From NCBI GenBank assembly GCA_002269645.1, contig NIVC01002503.1, positions 62,001 through 126,000 on the forward strand: 64,000 nucleotides of DNA, read 5' to 3'. Made by a program: the position numbers and the translations under genes. The DNA comes from Macrostomum lignano (lineage: Eukaryota). Shown one piece after another: positions 54,426 through 64,000 of this stretch (positions within the stretch are counted from its first letter, which is position 1; each line of letters opens with the position of its first letter). The notes below the pieces were generated by a model. That model saw only the letters and a list, made by a program, of their open reading frames with translations, made no database searches and was not told the origin of the DNA.

Positions 54426-57211
54426 CAGCAGCCGCAGCCGCGCAGGATGCAGCAGAAACCGCTGGCCTGCAGAAGCAATCCAAGGAAAACGCAAGCGGCC
54501 AGAAGCAGAGCCACCAGACTCAACAGCAGAGCCAGAGCCACGCTCAAAGACGATTCGATGACTTCCGAGCAGGCCAGAGCCGAGCCCGACTCCACTAGCT
54601 GCTGAAATCCCAGACAGGGGAGCAGGCGCTGCAGAATCCTCTCCCTCATCGGGTCGAGCAGCTGCACCAGCGGCGGCAGGTAGCTGCCTACGGTGGCGTC
54701 GTACACCCCGTCAGCAGCGGCCTTCACGGATGTCGGACTGCCGAATGCGGCTTTGTAGCCGGCGATGTTCGCGGCCAGCCGCTGGATGGTGCTCGTGGCT
54801 GACGGGCCAGTTGCCGTGGCGTTGATGACGGCGGTCAGAATTTCTACCCGGCGTTGCAGAAAGCTTAACTTGGACAAAGTTTGACTGCGCAACTCGTTGT
54901 TGTAGTGCTTCGCTATGACGGCTTCGGAAGTGGTCGAGCTGGCGTCGGCGAGTCGGTCGATTGCATCGGTCAGAGCGACGGCGTCGAGTTTCAGAAGCGG
55001 CTGGTCCAGCTGGTTGAGCAGGTCGATCCGGCTCAGTTCCTCGTCGATTAGGCTGCCCAAAGCTGACACCTCGGCGCTCTCGCCGATGCTGCGAAGATCG
55101 GCGGACAGCACAGTCTCTGGTGCCAGGCCAGCGAGTGCCGCGTGCAGCATATTCTTGCCGTAGTCAAGGTTCTGCTGCACTGTAGGCGAATAAACGAACG
55201 CTGTTAAGTTAATAACGTTCATCATTTGCAGGGCGGTGAACAGGGAGACGCTGCTATTGTCGCACTGAGTGCTCAGTCTGGTGAACAGCTGGTTGGGCCG
55301 TTTGCTAAAGTCGAACGGTATGGGCAGCTGGAGGCTCTTCTCCAGCAGGTTAGTAACACCTGGCCACAGGTGTTGGAGCAGTGCGGAGTCCAGATTGGCG
55401 TCTAGGGTTGCTCGACCTTCAGGCGTCCTTAAGTAGCGACAGAGACGAACGTCGGCCACGCTAGTGGCATAGTAGGCCAGCACTGGAAGGCTGAACGCGA
55501 GCGTCGTCACTATGGAGACTGCTAGGACGCCGCAAGCGTAAGTTCTCGACGAGCCGCTCAACTGGCGGAAGCTGCCCAAGCAGTGCTGTTGATATTTCCG
55601 CAGTTTTGCCCGACGTTCGTCGTAGCGTCGCAAATCAGCGGCGCTGACCGTCGACACTGGAAAGCCGCCGATGCGCTCGGGCCCAGCGTCCAGGCTGTTG
55701 AGGTCCGTCAGTCGCACACTTCTCAGTCGATGGTCCCGAAGCTCCATGGACATCAGAGAGAGCAGCCAGGATAGGCAGCGAACCAGATCGGTGCCAAGAA
55801 GTGCGGCGAACACGTAGAACGGCAACAAGGCGAGGCTCATGAGCACCACGGCAATGATGAAGTAGGTCCTCGCATCGCGTACAACGGACCAAACCGACTC
55901 AGAATCCGCTGTTTGACTCAGGCTTGCCGTCAGACTGGCACTAGAATTCTTGATTTTGCCAAACTCGTTGGCAATGCCAACGGTCACGGAGTTCAACAGC
56001 TTGTTAACCTCGGCATCGATGGTGCGGAGAGACTGGTTGATGCTGGCGTAGGTTCCCATGAAGTCTGACCGCATCTGAGTGACATTGATGCCTCTCTGCC
56101 GCATGAAGGTGATCACCGTCGTGAGGCTGTCGAACTGCACAAGGCTGGGGCTGACCTGCAGCTTGAGATTTGACAGGCTGGCGAGAATATTCGGACACTC
56201 AAAGTAACCCGCGGAGTTGCAGAGCTTGCTGCAGCTGCTGTTCAGTTCTGAGCGAAGACCGTCCAGTTCCGCTTTGACGCTGGTCAGATCGGCAGCTAAA
56301 ATTTTCGCCTGAGACTGAATCTTCTCCACGGACTCGATCTTTGAGATGAAGGCCTCCAGCTGCACTAGCACAGGCTGCAATTTCAGCAGACCGAACAGTT
56401 GCTCAATAATATACCTTGCAAAGCCATTGAAGAAGCTCTGTATGACGTAGAAGTTCGCCTGGAATTCGTCAATTAACGTGGCGTTGCTCGACTCGATCAG
56501 GTCGTCAATCAGACGATTGACATCGGAGACGAGCTGGGCGGTGGATGCCCGGAACGTGGCCGTCCTGTTGCTCTCCGTCAGCATCCGGGACTGCAGCTGG
56601 TTGCCGCTGTTCCAGAAATCGATGAGCAGCGCCACAGATACAGCAGCGGTAGCCAGCAGCAGCAGCAGCAGCATCAGCATTGATAGCACCAAGCATCGAT
56701 GCTGGCTGACCTCGATGTCGCTGTCCGAGATGCTTGAATCGCACCAGTGCCCGCCAGCGTCTGTTGTGTCTGAGGCGCACGTACTCACCGAGCACCTGTC
56801 GCTACTCGACTCGTCGAAGCCCGACAGACCGCTAATAGCGTACACGGACACCTCACGGCTGTTAGGTTTGACACGGCCCTCGACCTCCGGATCCTGAGGC
56901 CGCTTCATCCGCCGCCGCCGCCGCCGCCGCCGTCTCCGACGCCTCCACACGCAAGCGCAAAGCAGCGCTGGGGCCAGAATTGCCAGCAGTTGGATGCAGC
57001 AGAAGGCGGCAAAGTAGGCCGAGTCCAGGCGAACCTGGTTGGCAACCAGTTGCGACACTCCGACATCCGCGTTGTCTGGCCAGCTTGTGTCGTTCCGCAG
57101 CGTGACATTGGCAAACACAGGCAGCTGCAGCAGCCGGTGTCGCAGCCACAGCATCAGCTGCTGCAGCAGGCTGTCACTCTCCGGCACCAGCCAGAGGCTC
57201 AGTGACGACAT
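54395..57211 (-). CDS. PROM: Prominin-like five-TM protein, intronless ORF, 938 aa; start uncertain
   Basis: Five hydrophobic segments in the prominin arrangement (TM1; TM2; large loop; TM3; TM4; large loop; TM5). Cys positions match by eye (VRLCRYL after TM4, TQCDN, LPCLG...LACSEVIE before TM5). N-glycosylation sequons lie in the large loops. Confidence 0.75.
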   Translation of the reverse strand: MSSLSLWLVPESDSLLQQLMLWLRHRLLQLPVFANVTLRNDTSWPDNADVGVSQLVANQVRLDSAYFAAFCCIQLLAILAPALLCACVWRRRRRRRRRRRRMKRPQDPEVEGRVKPNSREVSVYAISGLSGFDESSSDRCSVSTCASDTTDAGGHWCDSSISDSDIEVSQHRCLVLSMLMLLLLLLATAAVSVALLIDFWNSGNQLQSRMLTESNRTATFRASTAQLVSDVNRLIDDLIESSNATLIDEFQANFYVIQSFFNGFARYIIEQLFGLLKLQPVLVQLEAFISKIESVEKIQSQAKILAADLTSVKAELDGLRSELNSSCSKLCNSAGYFECPNILASLSNLKLQVSPSLVQFDSLTTVITFMRQRGINVTQMRSDFMGTYASINQSLRTIDAEVNKLLNSVTVGIANEFGKIKNSSASLTASLSQTADSESVWSVVRDARTYFIIAVVLMSLALLPFYVFAALLGTDLVRCLSWLLSLMSMELRDHRLRSVRLTDLNSLDAGPERIGGFPVSTVSAADLRRYDERRAKLRKYQQHCLGSFRQLSGSSRTYACGVLAVSIVTTLAFSLPVLAYYATSVADVRLCRYLRTPEGRATLDANLDSALLQHLWPGVTNLLEKSLQLPIPFDFSKRPNQLFTRLSTQCDNSSVSLFTALQMMNVINLTAFVYSPTVQQNLDYGKNMLHAALAGLAPETVLSADLRSIGESAEVSALGSLIDEELSRIDLLNQLDQPLLKLDAVALTDAIDRLADASSTTSEAVIAKHYNNELRSQTLSKLSFLQRRVEILTAVINATATGPSATSTIQRLAANIAGYKAAFGSPTSVKAAADGVYDATVGSYLPPLVQLLDPMRERILQRLLPCLGFQQLVESGSALACSEVIESSLSVALALLLSLVALLLAACVFLGLLLQASGFCCILRGCGCCCGCNRDCSS

Positions 57212-57330
57212 ACCGTTGGCTTTTGCTGCCTTCGCTGGTGTAGCTTCGTCGCAACTCTTGGCTCAGTGTCGCTACAGCTGCTAGTCGCCAAACGCGACAT
57301 CCTTGGGCCGCACCTGACCGGCCGTGATTC

Positions 57331-57338
57331 AATTTATA
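57331..57338 (-). promoter_or_regulatory. Candidate TATA box of the prominin-like gene
   Basis: TATAAATT on the minus strand, ~30 nt upstream of ATG 57300 and 120 nt upstream of ATG 57211. Confidence 0.5.
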
Positions 57339-58094
57339 CCCGGAGAGAAGTCGGAGGGGGGAGGCGCAGCGAGAAGGCTTCTTTGGAAACTGAACCTTCT
57401 CTTCTTTGACTCTTCAAGAGTGGTTGCTGGGCGCTGAGTTGCTGAATTGGCCGGAGGTAAAAAAAAATAAATCCCCTGACAGGCAGGAAGCGGAGAGCAG
57501 GGACCGAGAAGGCAGCCAAATAGGGTTGTCAATGACAACAGACGCAGCGCTTATAAAGAAGGAAGAGGTAGTAGAAGGCTTGGGGGGGAGGCAGAAATGA
57601 GCAATAAGGCGTACTACGATGTGAGTACAGTTGAGAGCAGCTCAACCTTTCTACAATAGTTGGGTAAAGGCGAATTTCTCTCTTGCCCAATTGGGGATCG
57701 AGAGATAGGCAGTGGGGTAAGGAAGGGAGTTGTTGGCCTTAAATGCGTGAGTCAGAGTCACCGCTCACACCTAAGCTTTCACAAGTCTGCCCACCAACCG
57801 AGGGGATATCTGGGCCAACGCCAGTTCCCATTGGGTAGCTGCGGTACGCCATTATTACACTTCGTACTGGCTGCACAATGCAATGGCTCAGCGTTCAGCT
57901 GGCGAATGAATGCCACGAGAGGGGACTGCAGCGCCTCAATAGACGCATTGATCCTCAGTTGCTAGGGGGAGTAGGGTGGTAGGGCGGATATGCGGCTCTT
58001 GAGGGCATTGAAACGGCGCGTGACTTGGAATCGCTGAAAATATTTATTTACCTTGAGGATATCGGGCGCTGTGGAAGCTCTGTCGTCTTCTGGA

Positions 58095-58932
<838 letters not shown>

Positions 58933-59041
58933 AAAAAAGACTTAGCTAATTGCTTCTTCCCAACTTTGTTGACTGAAAGAAAAACTTTTGGATAGGAAAT
59001 TTTTGCTTTTTAAAATATTTTTTGGATGCAATAGATACTTA

Positions 59042-59824
<783 letters not shown>

Positions 59825-60399
59825 TTACAAACACAACACTGCCAATTTATCCGAGCTAATAAATAGCTAATAAAACACCTATGAGGCTATAAGTATCACA
59901 GTAATATAAGTCTCAATGCAATCCATCGCTTGTAATCGAGCCATTAAAAGTCCAAAGCAAAAAAATAATAAATTAAGTCTAGAGTGTACTCGGGCTGGCC
60001 AGTCGACAGAGCGAGAAGAGGACAGACAGGCAGACAGGCAGTGTGGAAGAGGTGGGGAGGCTAGATGAGATTTTCCCCTAGCCTAATTTCGTCTCCAAGG
60101 CTATGCCTAGCAGAGCTGGTTTGGGTCTCCTGAGGAAGTCAAGAGAGAGAGCGGGAAGGGAAAGTCCCCGTCTTGTCCTGTTTCTTCTCTCTATATCGAG
60201 GTGAAAGACGAGGACCAGGCTTTAACCTGGCTGTGGGAGAGCTCTCGATAGATTGCTCGGCAAGTAGGCCATGAGTATATGTAGTAGATAATTATGTCAG
60301 GGTGTTTTCGGGTAGGTTAGTACTCGTATGTGTTTCTAAGCCCTGATCCCTCGGGTGGGGAGAAGCAGAGAGGCAGCGGGGGAAGAGAGGTGAGGGAAG

Positions 60400-60960
60400 G
60401 GGGAGGTGAGATAGGCGGAGGAGAGGTGAGAGAGGGGGAGGAGAGGTGAGAGAGGGAGAGAGCAGAGGAGTGGTGAGGGAGGGCGAGGGGGAGAGGTTTG
60501 AGAGGGAGAGGAGGGGTGAGAGAGGGGGAGGAGAGGTGAGAGAGGGGGAGGAGAGGTGAGAGAGGGAGAGGAGAGGTGAGAGAGGGAGGAGAGGTGAGAG
60601 AGGGAGAGGAGAGGTGAGAGAGGGGGAGGAGAGGTGAGAGAGGGAGAGGAGAGGTGAGAGAGGGGGAGGAGAGGTGAGAGAGGGGGAGGAGAGGTGAGAG
60701 AGGGGGGCGAGAGGTGAGAGAGGGGGGGAGAGGTGAGAGAGGGGGAGGAGAGGTGAGAGACCGGGAGGAGAGGTGAGAGAGGGGGAGGAGAGGTGAGAGA
60801 GGGGGAGGAGAGGTGAGAGACCGGGAGGAGAGGTGAGAGAGGGGGAGGAGAGGTGAGAGAGGGGGAGGAGAGGTAAGAGATCGGGAGGAGAGGTAAGAGA
60901 TCGGGAGGAGAGGTGAGAGAGGGGGAGGAGAGGTGAGAGAGGGAGGAAAGGTGAGAGAGG
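60400..60960. repeat. Purine-rich 20/21-bp repeat (GAGGAGAGGTGAGAGAGGGG)
   Basis: Direct reading. Confidence 0.93.
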
Positions 60961-61519
60961 AAACAGAGAAGTGAAGGCAAGGTTGGTAGTAAGCCATGTA
61001 CCTATTAGTTTCACCCGTCTATTGGGGAGCACTCACAGGTTGGAAAAGTGTGCAGATTTGCGATTGCTAGAATTTCGAGTTTGATGCTGATCGGGGCTTG
61101 TTTTAAGCAGAAAGTTAATTTTTCACCCCGACTCTACTCTGTCTGCTTTTCTTTCTCTTCCTTCTCTGCTTGACAGGGCTGAAAACCGAAGGACTTGTCC
61201 TGCTGAAGTGCTCTCTGATGGAGGACATGGGGCAGAGCAAACATTGAGGCCAGGCAATCATGGCGGGAGGGGAATAAAAAGACGGATTCGGTCGCGCATT
61301 CGAGGAAATGAATGCGAGGCGAAGAAAGAGAGATCGCCGTGCTTGAGGGCCTGGTCGGAAGTTGAATGATTGATCGGACAAGGCCGGCCGGCCTCTGTTG
61401 ACTCTCCGTGGGGGAACTTGAAAGCTGACTCGTCTGAGCTTTCGGCTCGATGAGATGTACACTGAGGGATAAAAGACAAACACTAACACAGAGACACGGA
61501 CAGTCACTAAGACTAGACA

Positions 61520-62150
61520 CTAAGAAATCAGGACAGACACTAGGACAGACACTGGGACAGACACTGGGACAGACACTGGGGCAGACACTGGGACAGACAC
61601 TGGGACAGACACTGGGACAGACACTGGGACAGACACTGGGACAAACACTGGGACAGAAACAGGGACAAACACTGGGACAGATACAGGGACAGACACAGGG
61701 ACAGACACTGGGACAGACACAGGGACAGACACTGGGACAGACACTGGGACAGACACTGGGACAGACACTGGGACAGACACTGGGACAAACACTAGGACAG
61801 ATACTGGGACAGACACTGGGACAGACAATGGGACAGACACTGGGACAGACACTGGGACAGACACTGGGACAGACACTGGGACAGATACAGGGACAGACAC
61901 AGGGACAGACACTGGGACAGACACTGGGACAGACACTGGGACAGACACTAGGACAGACACTGGGACAGACACTGGGACAGACAATGGGACAGACACTGGG
62001 ACAGACACTGGGACAGACACTGGGACAGACACTGGGTCAGACACAGGGACAGACACAGGGACAGACACTGGGACAGACAATGGGACAGACACTGGGACAG
62101 ACACTGGGACAGACACTGGGTCAGACACAGGGACAGATACAGGGACAGAC
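61520..62150 (+). repeat. 12-bp satellite (CTGGGACAGACA)n, left arm
   Basis: Direct reading. Confidence 0.95.
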
Positions 62151-62779
62151 TCTAAGGCACAGGTGGACAGGCAGGCAGGCAAAAATGCGGACTCTAATTA
62201 GCCTTAATGGCACTCAGGCAGGCAGTCTCGGACCGCAAGCTCCCCCGCAGAGAAGGTCACTTTCATTTTTTAGAAAGGACGCCAGGCTTCCAGCCGGCTA
62301 ATTAGTGGATCGAAGCAGCTGAGCAATTACGGCCGTAGGACGGGGTGGGGAGGGGGCGAGGTCCAGCTGCGCGGGACTAGGACTCAAGTTTCTTGTCAGA
62401 GCTGCTGAGTAGGTTTGGGAGATGGCGCTTGGCTAATTGAGTCGGCCTCCTGACTGCCAAATTCACCCAAACGGTGCAGAGCGCGCTGATTTAAATATCG
62501 ATTGACGCGCAGTCAGGGCAGGTGAGAAAGGTTTGACGCGAGAGAGCTGATGAGGAGGGAGAAAATCAATTTAATTGGAAATTGGCGTGGCAATTTTTGC
62601 AGCTGCTCCGCCTTCAGTTTTTGGCCGGCTAGCCAGCGCCCCAGTAACAGATTTATGGCGCTTCGCTGGCCATTTGAGAGGCTAATGGAAAATTCTTAGT
62701 ATAAGCTTAGCTATTGTAATTATACACATTTCAGGCTGTTATTGTTGCTGCATTGTTAGTGTCTGCGTCACAGCGTTTG

Positions 62780-63330
62780 TCTGAGTGTCTGTCCCAGTGT
62801 CTGTCCCAGTGTCTGTCCCTGTGTCTGTCCCAGTGTCTGTCCCAGTGTCTGTCCCTGTATCTGTCCCAGTGTTTGTCCCTGTTTCTGTCCCAGTGTTTGT
62901 CCCAGTGTCTGTCCCAGTGTCTGTCCCAGTGTCTGTCTTAGTGTCTGTCCCAATGCCTGTCCTACTGTCTGTCCCAGTGTCTGTCCCAGTGTCTGTCCCT
63001 GTGTCTGTCCCAGTGTCTGTCCCAGTGTCTGTCCCTGTGTCTGTCCCAGTGTCTGTCCCAGTGTCTGTCCCAGTGTCTGTCCCAGTGTCTGTCTTAGTGT
63101 CTGTCCCAATGCCTGTCTTAGTGTCTGTCCCAATGCCTGTCCTACTGTCTGTCCCAGTGTTTGTCCCAGTGTCTGTCCCTGTGTCTGTCCCAGTGTCTGT
63201 CCCAGTGTCTGTCCCTGTATCTGTCCCAGTGTTTGTCCCTGTTTCTGTCCCAGTGTTTGTCCCAGTGTCTGTCCCAGAGTCTGTCCCAGTGTCTGTCCCA
63301 GTGTCTGTCCCAGTGTCTGTCCCAGTGTCA
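62780..63330 (-). repeat. Same 12-bp satellite in inverted orientation, right arm
   Basis: (TGTCTGTCCCAG)n on the plus strand. Confidence 0.95.
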
Positions 63331-64000
63331 GAGTCTTTCCCCATGTCTGTCCCTGTGGCCGCCACAGAGTCTGCCCTATTGTCTTGGCATCGGCTTTGGT
63401 GTCTGTCTTACTGCCTCTCCTAAGAATCTAAGAATCGAGCTTTTCCCTTAATTGTCATTACGCAAACGCGCTGAAGACTGAAAGACCTCAGACATGCCAA
63501 ATTATCATACGTAAGTTTCAGTCACTTGACTACAAGCGATGGTTAGTAGTATCGTTGACTGCATGTGTAATGCGATGAGGCGCCACATAGTAGCTTTACT
63601 AAAGAGAACTTTTCACCAAAAAGATATGCATGGCTAAAAGTCCAAACACCCCCAAAGCGACTCAATATTGTATACTTCCATTCCATGCTGTAGGCTATTC
63701 AAAGCTACGAAGTATATGCATTTTGCATGCACAGGCTTGTATATGTTGCTTAGAATCAGTTGAAAATGGTCTTTCCGAATGTAGCTATAAGAATCGATCC
63801 CATGTATTTAAAAGGTGCGCGGTAGGCTGGGGGCTTCATTTTTTCTTACAGTATCGATATATTCAAAAGTAGACTGCATTTGACCTGTCTAGCTCAATAT
63901 TTCACACAATTGCTCTATTCGCTTTATGCATATATTAGTGTCGATTTCAATTGATAGTTTTACACTATACTATACTTGTGGTACGAAATTTTAGCGCCAA

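Noticed and set aside
54352-57284. Overlapping short ORFs on both strands across the prominin ORF, and likewise across gag-pol, the GSTs and the lectin
   Set aside because: Shadow ORFs of GC-rich coding sequence with no recognisable motifs.

Overview
Eukaryotic, repeat-rich animal DNA. It has GT-AG spliced genes and introns packed with micro- and minisatellites. This style resembles a free-living flatworm such as Macrostomum, but that is an inference. Genes: a multi-exon type I membrane protein with Ig-like domains (~4.2-8.7 kb, 5' end unresolved); four tandem pi-class-like glutathione S-transferases with intronless CDSs (18.7-26.0 kb), the second of which is a recombinant chimera of its neighbours; PEX10; an SLC36/PAT amino-acid transporter; an MRH-domain M6PR/Atg27-like sorting receptor; a PAN + C-type lectin gene with an in-frame TGA at a conserved Trp, plus three fragments of paralogues; and an intronless prominin-like gene. 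Mobile DNA: a very young Mag-lineage Ty3/Gypsy element (identical 185-bp LTRs, CGAAT TSD, tRNA-Ser PBS) inserted in a lectin paralogue, a MITE with an 8-bp TSD, a second probable MITE and a tRNA/CORE-type SINE. The oddest structures are an 11.4-kb interval around the prominin gene bracketed by inverted copies of a ~245-bp element with inward-pointing (TATC)n tails, and a foldback-like pair of inverted 12-bp satellites enclosing a 600-bp core rich in homeodomain sites. Most long ORFs in the supplied track are translations of tandem repeats. All alignments and repeat boundaries were read by eye, and repeat edges are approximate.
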